NCBI GenBank assembly: GCA_965222375.1
Contig: CBDCTZ010000012.1
Coordinates: forward strand, 288,001-352,000
From: Polyangiaceae bacterium
GTDB lineage: Bacteria; Myxococcota_A; Polyangia; Polyangiales; Polyangiaceae
Reading direction: 5' to 3'
Length of the DNA stretch: 64,000 nt
Shown in pieces: positions 28,088 to 38,238 of the stretch (positions are counted from its first letter, which is position 1; each line of letters starts with the position of its first letter). Both the position numbers and the translations under genes were made by a program. The notes under the pieces were generated by a model, which worked only from the letters and a program-made list of their open reading frames with translations, was not told the origin of the DNA and searched no databases.

Positions 28088-28918
28088 TCAGGGGTTGGCG
28101 CGTAGGGGCAGCACGTTTCGCGGATCGCAGACCACGGTCTTGGAGTTGTGTACCATGCGCCGCGGGCTGAGCTCCTTGGCGTCGACACCGTCGCGCACCC
28201 GTCGCACTTCTAGGTGCAGGTGCACGTCGCCGGGGCTGCCGCTATCGCCCACGAAGCCGAGCAGGGAACCCTCGCGTACGTTCATGCCTCGAGAAAGCCC
28301 TGGCGCTGGGCCGTCCAGGTGCCCATGCACCACCAGGTACTCCCGCAGGCGGCCCCCCTGCCGCACGCTGTGCCTCGTCACCACGGAGTTGCCGAAGAGC
28401 TCCCCCACGAGCACCACCTCTGCGTCGCCCACCTGATGTTCGAGATTCACGCTCCGCACCTCCGTGCCGCGAGGCTGCGCGATGTCGACTCCGCCGTGCC
28501 CTACGGCTTTGAGATGCGCGCCGCGGCGCTGAGAGCTGCTCGGTAGATCGAGATCGTAACCGCTGGACACGAAGGTCTGGTTCAGGGAGAGGGGGACCGG
28601 GAAGCGGTAGGCGCGGTAGCTCTTGCTCCGATCCGGCCGTCGGGGGATCTGCTCATAGCGGACCCAATTGCCGTGGCGGTCCCGATGCCTGTTCTCCTTG
28701 GCCTGCAGCGCGTCCCCACCCAGAGCCTCCGTGGGCACGGGGATACAACTTCTCCCGTCGGGTAGTGTTCCTGGTGGGCACACGCTCGACAGATCTCCCG
28801 CAGACGGGGAACCCTGACTCTGCGCCGTCGGCTCAGGGCCCCGTTCGCCGCGCTCCGCGGCGCCGGTGAGGGCGGTGAGGCCCGCACACAAAAGCGTGGC
28901 TTTGACCAGGGGATCCAC
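28088..28918 (-). CDS. M23 family metallopeptidase
   Basis: HGGVD, HGHL, GFVGDSG, HLHLEVR; N-terminal signal-like segment. Confidence 0.88.
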   Translation of the reverse strand: MDPLVKATLLCAGLTALTGAAERGERGPEPTAQSQGSPSAGDLSSVCPPGTLPDGRSCIPVPTEALGGDALQAKENRHRDRHGNWVRYEQIPRRPDRSKSYRAYRFPVPLSLNQTFVSSGYDLDLPSSSQRRGAHLKAVGHGGVDIAQPRGTEVRSVNLEHQVGDAEVVLVGELFGNSVVTRHSVRQGGRLREYLVVHGHLDGPAPGLSRGMNVREGSLLGFVGDSGSPGDVHLHLEVRRVRDGVDAKELSPRRMVHNSKTVVCDPRNVLPLRANP

Positions 28919-29022
28919 AGGGGAAAAGGTTAGACTGCGCGTGGCAGATCACAAGCCGCTGCCGACGACTTCGGCCCGTTGTCGGCTCCTGGGGCCTTTG
29001 AGATTGCTTCCCCCAACCCGGG

Positions 29023-29862
29023 TTGATACGAGAAAGCGCCGTGCTTGAAAGCGGTGCTCTAAGCCCAGCAGATGCGGCGGTAATGGAAACCTTCGTGGTG
29101 CCCCGTTACCTCGCTTTTTTTGGCGAGCTCGCTATGGAGCTATTCCTCGCAGGGGAAGGGGCGCGGGTCGCGCACCTGGGCTGCCGTACCGGGTACCCGG
29201 ACCGCCAGCTGCATGAAAATGGCGGTCGCGCCGCCGTGGTCGGGGTCGACCCATCTCCCGCAGCGCTGGAGTTGGCTCGCAACAAAGTGGCGACTCTCGG
29301 CGACGTGCCCATCGAGTACGTCGAAGCGCACGGCTTTCCGACGGAGCTGGCCGACGCGAGCTTCTCTCATGCCATCGCGCTGCACCCAGTGGGCACCGCC
29401 GAGGAGCGAGAGGCCTTGCACCGCGAAATGCATCGCATCCTGTATCCAGGAGGGCAGGCGCTGCTGGCGGTGCCCCTCCGCGGTTCCTTCCAGGAACTAG
29501 GAGATCTGCTCCGAGAGTACGCGCTGAAGGCTGACGACGGCGAACTCGGAAGCGCGGTCGAGGAGGCCATGGCGACCCGGCACACGCTGGAAACGCTCTC
29601 CGAGGAGATCGAGAGTGCCGGGCTCGACGATGTGGATGTGGAAATCCGCCAGACCTTGCTTGCCTTCGACAGTGGGCGGGCGTTCATCGAAGATCCCGTG
29701 ACTCGCCTCTTGGTCATGCCCGAGGTCGAAACCTGGATGCCCGGTGTCGACATGGAGAAGCCTTGGGACTATGTGCGCGACGCCATCGACAAGTACTGGT
29801 CTGAAGGCAAGTTCGACCTGTCCCTGAACGTAGGTTGTGCCAGCGCCCGCAAGCTGGAATAG
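29023..29862 (+). CDS. Class I SAM-dependent methyltransferase-like protein
   Basis: AHLGCRTG (degenerate motif I), VGVDPS, ASFSHAI, HRILYPGG; start 29023 or 29041. Confidence 0.75.
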   Translation: MIRESAVLESGALSPADAAVMETFVVPRYLAFFGELAMELFLAGEGARVAHLGCRTGYPDRQLHENGGRAAVVGVDPSPAALELARNKVATLGDVPIEYVEAHGFPTELADASFSHAIALHPVGTAEEREALHREMHRILYPGGQALLAVPLRGSFQELGDLLREYALKADDGELGSAVEEAMATRHTLETLSEEIESAGLDDVDVEIRQTLLAFDSGRAFIEDPVTRLLVMPEVETWMPGVDMEKPWDYVRDAIDKYWSEGKFDLSLNVGCASARKLE

Positions 29863-29868
29863 GGCCGC

Positions 29869-32800
29869 CTAGTAGCGGTACTGCCAAAGCAGGTCGAGGC
29901 CAGTGCCGAGGGTGCCGATTTCCGTGCGCAGGGACCAATTGCGGCGAAAACGCCAATCTACCGTGGTGGACACGTCCACGCGGTCAGCGCCCGTGGACGA
30001 TTGAACGGACTCTGCGCTCTGGCGGTAAGTGCCTTCCACCCAGACGTCCTCGACTATTTGTACCGCGACGGTGTGGGCCGACTTGTCCTCGTGGGAGGCA
30101 GTGCGCAACTCCACTTGACCCGGCAGGGCTCCGCTGAAGATCGCGTTCAGCGCACCGACCCCCGCCCCCGTTGCCAGGTCGCCCCCGCCGCCGAGCAGAA
30201 GTGCCATGGCTTCGTCTTCGGAATGGTCGGGGCTCGACACACGCAACCTAGCGTCCTTCAGGGTTCCGGTTACTTCCAGGTAGATGGTGCTGCCATCCGG
30301 TGCACGCCAGGAGGCGAGGGCGTTGAGGTGAGGATCTGCTGGATCTTCCGTGTCGAAGAGGACGCGCCCGTTCTCGATCACGAAGGACTTGCCGAGGGTC
30401 TGGATTCGCCCTCCCGCGCGCAGGTCCATGTACCCGGTCACGGCGACCTCGTTGCCCAGCTCGATGACGGGCTGTCCTGTCAGGCGCACCGCCAGGTCAT
30501 TGCGGGTCACTTTGACGTCACGACCCAGTTCGACCTCGAAGCGCCAGGGCAGCGCCCGCTCGCCGCTCAAGATAGTGGGCTCGCGCAGGGGCTGAACCAC
30601 GGCGACGTTTGGGTTGTCGCCCAATTGGATGACGTTGCGGGAGTTGGCCTGGGGTAGCCGAGCAGTCAGTTCCGGTACCTCGACCTTGACCAGCATGCGC
30701 TCGGGCTGTCGCTGTAGGGTCAAGGTCGCCGAGCCGTCAGCGGTAGCCTGACTGACGCCCTGCAGCAGAATCGGCACGCCGGGCTTCTTTGCCAGGGTCA
30801 GTGCCGCCATTCCGCTCTCTAGCCGAACTCCGTCAAAGAAGAGGGTGCCGGTAGCTTTGACGTTGTTCAACTCGGAGCGTGCCTTGCCTACGACGTCGCG
30901 AATGTCGATGGCAGTGTAGCGACCGGCTTCTCGGGCTTTCACGCTCGCGCTGAGGTCACGGATTTCCAGGCCCAACGGGGCGATTTGCAGCACTCCGTTG
31001 CGGAGCGCCGCGGAGCCGACGATCTTGCCGGTCCAATGGGTCTCCTTCTTCCGCTTTTCGGCAACGAGTGTGGCTGCCAAGCCGGCGTCGATGTCTCCGC
31101 CCAGACGGCTGAAGATGTCTCGCAAGAACGGTGAGAGCACCACTGCATCGAAGGAGCGGGCCTCCGCCGTGAGCCGGATGGGCCGATCTGCGTCCAGCTC
31201 CGGAGCGACCCCCTCCCACTTCACACCAGCACCAGCAGTCATGGACAAGCGGCTGTCGCGCTTGGTCAACTCTGCCTTGGCGGAGATTGTCTTGCCATCC
31301 GATCGTGCGAAGACGCTGCCCTTGCCGACGGGGACTCGGTCGACGGTGACGCCCAGGAGTTGGAGGTTCGCGCTGGCGAAGGGCAGGGCCGCTCCTTCTG
31401 GGCGCTGAAGGGCGATCGTGCCGCTCAAGGCGCCGGTCACGCGACCGTCCGCAAGAAAGGGCACCAGCCCCAGTGGTGCGCGCTCGAACACCATTTGAAC
31501 GCCGCCGGTCGGAGCGCTGCCGTCGAGGGGAGCGAGGCCTTTGCTGATCAGCCAAGCCGCGCGCCGATTCGACTGGGCCATTTCGGCGGTACCTGCGTAG
31601 CGTCCGGTTCTCGGTTCGTATTGGGCGGTGATTGCGACGTTCGCAGGCAACGCCAGGCGGCTGTGGGCCGCGCGGAGCCCGGTGAAGTTGATTCTCGAGC
31701 CGATCACCGGATCCTTGGGAGCGCCGACCCAGGTCAGCCGCGCCTGCACGCTGCCGTCGACAGCAGTGGTGGCAAGGGGCTCAGGCAACAGTGACAGGCG
31801 TCGCTCGGGAATCAGCAAGACGCCTTCCATCTTGGTTTCGCGCAACTGTTCCGCGAACTTGGCTGGCACTGCGATGAGGGCGTGCAGATCGAGCTTCGTC
31901 GAGCCGCTCAAGCTCGCGAGGGCACCGTGCGCATCGACCAGGCGCGTGGTGCCACTACTATCTCCAGAACCGCCATCAATTCCGCCGCCGACCTGCACGT
32001 CGATGCCGGCCAGCTTCTGCTCGTCGCCGTATTCGACCGCGAGCTTCTGAGTTCCTCCAACCCAGAAAACGCTCGGCAGCTTCTGTTCATCGCCCCGTTC
32101 GATTCGGATCTGGGTGAATGCCTTGCCCTCGACGTTCTGCACGCCCCAGGAACTCGGTAAGGCGTAGGTTAACAGCCCGAGGTTTAGCTCGCTGGCGTGC
32201 ACCTGGGCCAGCCCAGTCCAGCGTTTCCAAACGTCCGCCGTGAGCATCTTGCCCTTGAGCTCCGTTTGCCAAGCGCCGCCGACGTTGCCGATGCCCTCGA
32301 CGGTTCCGGACAAGTCCCCGTCAAAGCGTCTACCGCTCACGCTGGTGTTCACGCGCATCGCGATGCCGCCCACTCCCATGACGCTGCCTTTCCCGAGGGC
32401 GAACCTCAGGTGACCGCTGGCGCGGTCATTGCGGATGTCGAGATCCGTGTCCACGCGAAGCCGCCCGCCCAGAGAGCCCTTCTCCAGGCCCAGTGCGCGG
32501 GCGATGGCATCCAGATCCAGATCAGCACCTTTGGCCTTGGCGATGATGCGGTCCGGCGAGAGCCGCAGGGAGCCGGCGAGCTGACCGCCCGCTCCGGCCA
32601 AGGAAAGATCCTCGATGAAGATCTCACGAGAGCCCAAGTCCAGCCGAGCGATGCGACCCTTCAATGCGGCGCCGCGGCGTTTGACCTCTACGGACAGGTT
32701 GTCCACTCGGGGCGGATCCTGCATCGTGACCGTGGCAGATGCTTTGACGTTCGGGCCGAACTCATCCGTGAGCTTGGCGCTGACCTTCGGCTTGAGAACG

Positions 32801-34404
32801 TTGCCACGTGCGGAAAGGTCGACCTCCCCGAACTTGAAACCGCTCGCGGCCAGCCCGCGGCCCGTCACGGAGGCGTTGATGTCGAGCTCTTTGGGCTTGG
32901 CCAATGGTCCGCGAGCACGGCCAGAAATCGCCGCCCGCTTCACAGCGATGTCGCCCATCTTGAAGCTGCGCAAGTTGGCAACGGCGGAAGCATCCAATTG
33001 CTCTTTTTCGATGCGAGCCTTCACGGTCACGTCCGCACGCCCCCGCGCCTGGGTGAGCGCTTTGAGTCGCGGCGCCTTTTCGATGACGAAGGATCGGGCT
33101 CGGGCGTTGAGATCGATGGGACCTGCCGGGTGAAACTTGAAGTCGACCTTCAAGGGCAGGCCCTCTTCGTGGAAGGTGGCCGTGCCGTAGAAGCCCTTCT
33201 CATTGAACGTGCTGTTGATGTCCGTAGGCGGCACGTCCATGCCGGCGACCTTGGAGGCCGCGGTGATGCCGTTGGCATCCACGACGACCTGCCCCCGCTT
33301 GTTCCAGACGGAGATGGTGCTGTCCAAGTCGATCTTCGTCTCCGGAGCTTCGGGGAACAGCGCGCGCAGATCGAAGCTTCGCCCTTCGACGTCCAGTTTG
33401 ACGCTGAGTTCTGGTTCGATCTTCAGAGGGCCGGACGCAGTGATTCGGGCCTCACCGGATTCGAGGCGCACACTCGTCTGCAACGCTTGCAGGGTGCCTT
33501 GCGCCTCCGCATGCGCTGCAACGGGCACGCGGATTGGGTAGTCGACCCACAGGCCTTGCACGTCGAGGGGCTTGGCTTGGGGCAAATCCAGGCGCGCCTC
33601 GATTCGGTCACCTTTGACGTGCACGAAGGCGCCGACGCTCAAGTTCCCCAGGAAGCCGTCGAAGGAGCTCCACACTGCGCCGGGCGCGCGGATGTGCAGT
33701 TCGCCAGTACCCGTCGTGTCGGTACCTCCCAGGCCGCGAACCACGACACCGTATCGCTGCACGTCGATGGCCGCGCCTTTGGGACTTGCTAGCACGGAGC
33801 CCCGAACGTTGGCCAACTGTACCTCGAGGGTGGGCAGCCCCGCGACGCGGCCCCGCGCGTAGACCCGGCCGAGTTCCACATTGGGCAGCCAGGTTCGTAC
33901 GTAGCGTGGTTCTTCACTCGGCTCGCTGCTCGGCGGGTCCGGCTCGTCAACGGGCGTGAAGGCGGTCGCGATCGTCGGAACGCCCGTGTCGGGTTCCGGG
34001 ATCACGAAGACTTCGGCTCGTTCGGCTCGAACGTGCTTGATCACCAGGCTGATGCGTTGGCCACCCCAGAGAACCGTCTTCGCCATCTGCACGAAGTCGG
34101 TCCTGGCGCGCAGCTCCGACACTACGAGCACGGTTGCGCCATCGGGGTCCTGGACTCGAGCTTCCGGGCTGGTCACTCCGTTCAGGGAGACCTTGGTGAT
34201 TTCCTTGATCTGCACGGTTCCTCGGAAGAAGTCAGACAGTCCGCGAGTGAGCAGCTGGGCTGCAAGACGCCGCGCAGGAGGGGTGTTGGCGTGCAGCAAT
34301 AACCCAACTGCAAGGCTCGTTGTCAGCACAGCGGACAGCGCTAACAGTTTGGCGAGCCGGAAGACCCAGCGCAGCGCAGCGCGCAAGTGGCGGCGGACTG
34401 CCAC
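29869..34404 (-). CDS. tamB: TamB-like translocation/assembly module protein
   Basis: 1511 aa; N-terminal TM; long beta-rich body; C-terminal DUF490-like region ending GLDLLWQYRY; coupled to an Omp85 gene. Confidence 0.8.
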   Translation of the reverse strand: MAVRRHLRAALRWVFRLAKLLALSAVLTTSLAVGLLLHANTPPARRLAAQLLTRGLSDFFRGTVQIKEITKVSLNGVTSPEARVQDPDGATVLVVSELRARTDFVQMAKTVLWGGQRISLVIKHVRAERAEVFVIPEPDTGVPTIATAFTPVDEPDPPSSEPSEEPRYVRTWLPNVELGRVYARGRVAGLPTLEVQLANVRGSVLASPKGAAIDVQRYGVVVRGLGGTDTTGTGELHIRAPGAVWSSFDGFLGNLSVGAFVHVKGDRIEARLDLPQAKPLDVQGLWVDYPIRVPVAAHAEAQGTLQALQTSVRLESGEARITASGPLKIEPELSVKLDVEGRSFDLRALFPEAPETKIDLDSTISVWNKRGQVVVDANGITAASKVAGMDVPPTDINSTFNEKGFYGTATFHEEGLPLKVDFKFHPAGPIDLNARARSFVIEKAPRLKALTQARGRADVTVKARIEKEQLDASAVANLRSFKMGDIAVKRAAISGRARGPLAKPKELDINASVTGRGLAASGFKFGEVDLSARGNVLKPKVSAKLTDEFGPNVKASATVTMQDPPRVDNLSVEVKRRGAALKGRIARLDLGSREIFIEDLSLAGAGGQLAGSLRLSPDRIIAKAKGADLDLDAIARALGLEKGSLGGRLRVDTDLDIRNDRASGHLRFALGKGSVMGVGGIAMRVNTSVSGRRFDGDLSGTVEGIGNVGGAWQTELKGKMLTADVWKRWTGLAQVHASELNLGLLTYALPSSWGVQNVEGKAFTQIRIERGDEQKLPSVFWVGGTQKLAVEYGDEQKLAGIDVQVGGGIDGGSGDSSGTTRLVDAHGALASLSGSTKLDLHALIAVPAKFAEQLRETKMEGVLLIPERRLSLLPEPLATTAVDGSVQARLTWVGAPKDPVIGSRINFTGLRAAHSRLALPANVAITAQYEPRTGRYAGTAEMAQSNRRAAWLISKGLAPLDGSAPTGGVQMVFERAPLGLVPFLADGRVTGALSGTIALQRPEGAALPFASANLQLLGVTVDRVPVGKGSVFARSDGKTISAKAELTKRDSRLSMTAGAGVKWEGVAPELDADRPIRLTAEARSFDAVVLSPFLRDIFSRLGGDIDAGLAATLVAEKRKKETHWTGKIVGSAALRNGVLQIAPLGLEIRDLSASVKAREAGRYTAIDIRDVVGKARSELNNVKATGTLFFDGVRLESGMAALTLAKKPGVPILLQGVSQATADGSATLTLQRQPERMLVKVEVPELTARLPQANSRNVIQLGDNPNVAVVQPLREPTILSGERALPWRFEVELGRDVKVTRNDLAVRLTGQPVIELGNEVAVTGYMDLRAGGRIQTLGKSFVIENGRVLFDTEDPADPHLNALASWRAPDGSTIYLEVTGTLKDARLRVSSPDHSEDEAMALLLGGGGDLATGAGVGALNAIFSGALPGQVELRTASHEDKSAHTVAVQIVEDVWVEGTYRQSAESVQSSTGADRVDVSTTVDWRFRRNWSLRTEIGTLGTGLDLLWQYRY

Positions 34405-36608
34405 TAGAAGGCCTCCCCCAACGCGATGTGCACGGCAATAGGAAGACCGAACACAGTTCCGGGATCGCCTTCTTCCACCTCCAAGTCTACTTCACCGATC
34501 TGCTGCAAGCCCGGCACCCGATAGCCGACATCCACGCGAAAAGGACCCACAGGAGTCAGATAGCGCAGGCCAGGGCCTACAGACAGGTGAGGCACGGTGA
34601 ATCGGATATCGGCCACGTTACGTGTGACGTCGCTGGCATCCACAAAAGTCGCGGCTTCCAGCGGGCCTGTAATGGGAAAGCGCACTTCCATGGACGCTTC
34701 CCACAGGGTTAGCCCGCCAATCGGGCGAATACACGCGCTGGGCAGGTCCTCCACCGCCACCTGCACAGCCCCTCGATCCGTCGAGCAGTTCTGCCCGGTT
34801 GGAACCAAGAAGCCCACCGGGCCGTGGGGGCCGACCCCGCGAAAGGGGTAGCCGCGGTTCGAGTTGGGGCCGCCTGAATAGAACACCCGGAACAACAGCT
34901 TGTGCTGATCGCGGATGACCGCGGGGTTGGTCGGGTCTTGGCTGTACGTGGGGTCGTTGGGGTCGAGGGTAGAGCCGTAGTCGAAGGGAAACAGAAAACC
35001 GAAGGTCATACGGGTCGCCAAGGTGACCTTCTTGGACAACGGCAAGTAGGTTCTCAGTTCCGGCTTGATGCGCAAGTCGCTGACGATGCCGCCGAAAATC
35101 TTGCTGGCCAACTGCACGTTGTTGCTGAGGTAGGCGCCTGCGTGCGGGTGAATTGGGTCGTCCCGGAAGTCCAGAATGGCGCGGATCTCCGGATAAGCCA
35201 CGCGCACGGTTTCCAGACCGTCAGGAATGCCGCCCTGATACGTGAACGGAAAGTTGGCTTCCCAGTTGTAGGAAGGAGTCAAGAACAGGCGGTGACTGAA
35301 GAATGCCCGTTCCACGCCCGTCTGCGCCTTGATCGAGTGGTAACCGATGATGCGCTCGTCCTCGACGTTGAAGTCATCATCGTCGGGGAGGGGATAAAGC
35401 AGGGGCGCGATGCTGTACTCCCCAGCCAAGAAGCCCGTCGTGCGACCTTCCAGAAAGGACGGCTGGCGCAACTCCGCGCGCAAGGTGTTTTCCGGCAGCA
35501 GGCGTGTCGGCGCCTCGAAGCGCGTGACGCGGGTCGGGAAGTACACCACGCCAGGCCGTGCTTCCACGCTGAAACGGCGCATTCCCCCAGCGAAATTCTT
35601 GTGCTCCCAGCCCACACGCAAGTGGTTCGAGAGTCGAAGTACATCGAAACGGGCACCGCCTCCGAGGCGAATGGTGCGGAGGGAACTCTCCCGAAGCACG
35701 GCCCGGATCGGCACGATCCCGCTCTCGGGTTTCGACTTGTCTTCTTGAATCTCGACGCTGGAAAACCGACCCAAGGTGAGCAGAGCCTCCCGCGCGTCCT
35801 CGAGTTCCTTGCGCGAGTAGGGGCGACCTTCGCGAATGTCCAAGTTGGCGCGCACCGGCGCTTCCGGGATCGACTCGAGACCGACGATGCGCACCTTGCC
35901 GTACCGGGCCGGCGTGCCCGAGTTCACTTCGAAGACCACATCTGCCGCTTGCTGCGCAACATCGACCTTCGCGCGGTACTTCACCTCTGCGAACGCGTAG
36001 CCCGCATCGGCCAAGATCTCCGTGATCTCTTTTGCAGTCCGTTCGAACTCGCCTTCGTCGAAGTTGCGGCCTTCCTCCATCCGCTCTCGGAACAGTACGA
36101 GGGCTCGCGCGCTCACTTCCAAAGGAATGAACTCGATGCCGCGCAAGGTGGCGTTGCGCACCTTGACGGGCTGACCTTCCTGAACGTGGATCTCGACCCG
36201 CACCCGGCTGTCATCGACGCGAATGATGCGTCCAGCAGTGACGCGCGCCTCATAGTAGCCACGCGCGCGGTAGAAGCGCTCCACGCGTTCCAAGTCCCTG
36301 GCCAAGACGTTTTCGTCGAAGACCTCGTAGTCGAAGAAGACTCCATCCCAGATCCCCAGGAAACGCGGCGAAGGTGCTGTGGCTAGCCCGTCCCGCAAGG
36401 CCTCCTCGTCGATGGAGCCGGTTCCGACCAGATCTACGTCGGCCACCACGTCCCGGCGTGCCGGCAAGCTGCGGCAGCCGGGCAGCAGCGCGGTCAGGAC
36501 GATGACGCTAGCGAGCACCTGTACGAGCCCGGTGCGCCGTGACGACCCCGTCCCCAAGCGCGCGGGGCGTGGGAGGCGGGCAATCATCGGTCGTGGTGCC
36601 GCGGCCAT
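34404..36608 (-). CDS. tamA: Omp85-family (TamA/BamA-like) outer-membrane protein
   Basis: POTRA-like repeats (FYRARGYY, ADAGYAFA, LGRFSSV), FYSGGPNSNRGY loop, GLRYLTPVGPFRVD, terminal Phe; lipobox-like LPGC. Confidence 0.85.
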   Translation of the reverse strand: MAAAPRPMIARLPRPARLGTGSSRRTGLVQVLASVIVLTALLPGCRSLPARRDVVADVDLVGTGSIDEEALRDGLATAPSPRFLGIWDGVFFDYEVFDENVLARDLERVERFYRARGYYEARVTAGRIIRVDDSRVRVEIHVQEGQPVKVRNATLRGIEFIPLEVSARALVLFRERMEEGRNFDEGEFERTAKEITEILADAGYAFAEVKYRAKVDVAQQAADVVFEVNSGTPARYGKVRIVGLESIPEAPVRANLDIREGRPYSRKELEDAREALLTLGRFSSVEIQEDKSKPESGIVPIRAVLRESSLRTIRLGGGARFDVLRLSNHLRVGWEHKNFAGGMRRFSVEARPGVVYFPTRVTRFEAPTRLLPENTLRAELRQPSFLEGRTTGFLAGEYSIAPLLYPLPDDDDFNVEDERIIGYHSIKAQTGVERAFFSHRLFLTPSYNWEANFPFTYQGGIPDGLETVRVAYPEIRAILDFRDDPIHPHAGAYLSNNVQLASKIFGGIVSDLRIKPELRTYLPLSKKVTLATRMTFGFLFPFDYGSTLDPNDPTYSQDPTNPAVIRDQHKLLFRVFYSGGPNSNRGYPFRGVGPHGPVGFLVPTGQNCSTDRGAVQVAVEDLPSACIRPIGGLTLWEASMEVRFPITGPLEAATFVDASDVTRNVADIRFTVPHLSVGPGLRYLTPVGPFRVDVGYRVPGLQQIGEVDLEVEEGDPGTVFGLPIAVHIALGEAF

Positions 36609-36645
36609 TCGGGAAATCTAGTCCCCCGCGGACAGATTGGTTTGG

Positions 36646-37347
36646 CTACTTCTTGTCCATGCCGGGCAGCGTGGCCGGCTCCGGGGGCTTCTCGTGGTAC
36701 GTGATGTCTTCGAGGGTTAGTAGTCCCATGATGGGATCTGCCTCGGCGCCGGTGCTGGCGCGGGTGAAGGTCGTGGAATAGTCGCCCTTGACGGTTACTT
36801 TGGCGCCCTTGTTGGGGATCGGATTGGGGATCTTGATGCCCCAGAAGGTGTCCATATGCGGCTCAGCGTCTTCCTTACCGTCGTACTCCTCGATCGCGTC
36901 ATACAGCTGCGCAAAGTTGCTGGCCCAGCCCATGACTTTGATGCAATCCGACGGCTTGGCGTCTTTGGTTTCGCATAGCCAAAACGCCGGCGTGGGGGGG
37001 CGGCAACCCTCGGGGTCAGCCTTGCCACCCTTGTGGACCGCGCACTCGGGTGCTTCCGGCAGGTTGGTCTTCGCGATGTAGCCAGTGATCTTCAGCTTCT
37101 TGCCGGCGACCTCTTTGCGGCGGACGCGGCTGCGCAGCGAGTAGCTCGCACCCCACACAGTGTAGGCGTCGCCCTGTTTGATGGGCTTCTGAGGTACGTT
37201 CGGCACTGCGGGCAAGTTGGCTTGCACGCCGCTGGGTGCCGGCTTCGGCTCGTACTTGGCCTCGCTCTCCCCGCAACCGGCGACGGACAGCGAAAGGACC
37301 AGCACGGTCGACGAAGTGAAGAACGAGCGGGTGCGCTTAGCGAGCAT
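36646..37347 (-). CDS. Hypothetical lipoprotein
   Basis: GAGGAGG RBS, ATG 37347, lipobox VAGC, four further Cys. Confidence 0.75.
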   Translation of the reverse strand: MLAKRTRSFFTSSTVLVLSLSVAGCGESEAKYEPKPAPSGVQANLPAVPNVPQKPIKQGDAYTVWGASYSLRSRVRRKEVAGKKLKITGYIAKTNLPEAPECAVHKGGKADPEGCRPPTPAFWLCETKDAKPSDCIKVMGWASNFAQLYDAIEEYDGKEDAEPHMDTFWGIKIPNPIPNKGAKVTVKGDYSTTFTRASTGAEADPIMGLLTLEDITYHEKPPEPATLPGMDKK

Positions 37348-37547
37348 GGGTGGGAGCCTCCTCTTCGAACGAATGCGACGGGTATCATGCCCCCCCTTGG
37401 GGCTGCAAGGCCGCAGCTTCTTTGGTATTTTTTGTCTACCAGGGGCGACTCGACACTGCCAAGGGCTCTCGGCGGGACCGTGTGGCGCAGCGAGGCTCAT
37501 AAGTCCACGAATTGACGCCACTTTTTCTTGGGACCAGGATTCTGGGG

Positions 37548-38237
37548 GTGCGCACAATCATCGTTGGCGACGTTCACGGCTGCGCTGTCGAGCTGGGTCA
37601 GCTGCTCCACGACCTCGCATTTCACGGAGATGACCGCCTGGTCCTGGTGGGAGATCTGGTCGCCCGCGGGCCCGACACCCCGGGGGTGTTGGACCTGGTG
37701 CGACGCCACGCCGGCAAGGCCGTTCGCGGTAACCACGAGCAACGCCTGTTGGACGTTCGACAGGCGCGCGCTCGCGGCGAGCGCGGGCCCCGTCTGGGGC
37801 CCAGCCACGAAGCCGTGATGCGCGAAATGACCCACGCCCGTTGGGCGTACTTGGAGGCGATGCCCCTGTGGCTAGACCTTCCAGAGCATAGGGTGCGTGT
37901 CGTGCACGCGGGGATTGTGCCCGGTACGCCCATGGGGAGTCAGGACCCTTGGGCCATGCTGCACATGCGCACGCTGCGCGCGGGCAAAGCGAGTGACAAA
38001 CGCGGCGCAGATTTGTGGGGCGTCCACTACGCGGATTCGCCGCACATCGTGTTCGGACACAATGCCGTGGATGGCTTGCAGCTTCACGAACACGCAACTG
38101 GATTGGACACGGGCTGCGTTTACGGTGGCGCATTGAGCGCTCTGGTGCTCGAAGAGGGACAGCAGATGCCCGAGCCCGAAGCTCGGCAGGAGTGCATCCA
38201 CAGCGTGCCGGCGCGGCGCGCTTATGTGCAGCTCTGA
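37548..38237 (+). CDS. Metallophosphoesterase (ApaH/PrpA-like, PPP family)
   Basis: GDVHG, GDLVARGP, RGNHE, VHAG, FGH, LDTGCVYGG. Confidence 0.92.
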   Translation: MRTIIVGDVHGCAVELGQLLHDLAFHGDDRLVLVGDLVARGPDTPGVLDLVRRHAGKAVRGNHEQRLLDVRQARARGERGPRLGPSHEAVMREMTHARWAYLEAMPLWLDLPEHRVRVVHAGIVPGTPMGSQDPWAMLHMRTLRAGKASDKRGADLWGVHYADSPHIVFGHNAVDGLQLHEHATGLDTGCVYGGALSALVLEEGQQMPEPEARQECIHSVPARRAYVQL

Positions 38238-38238
38238 C

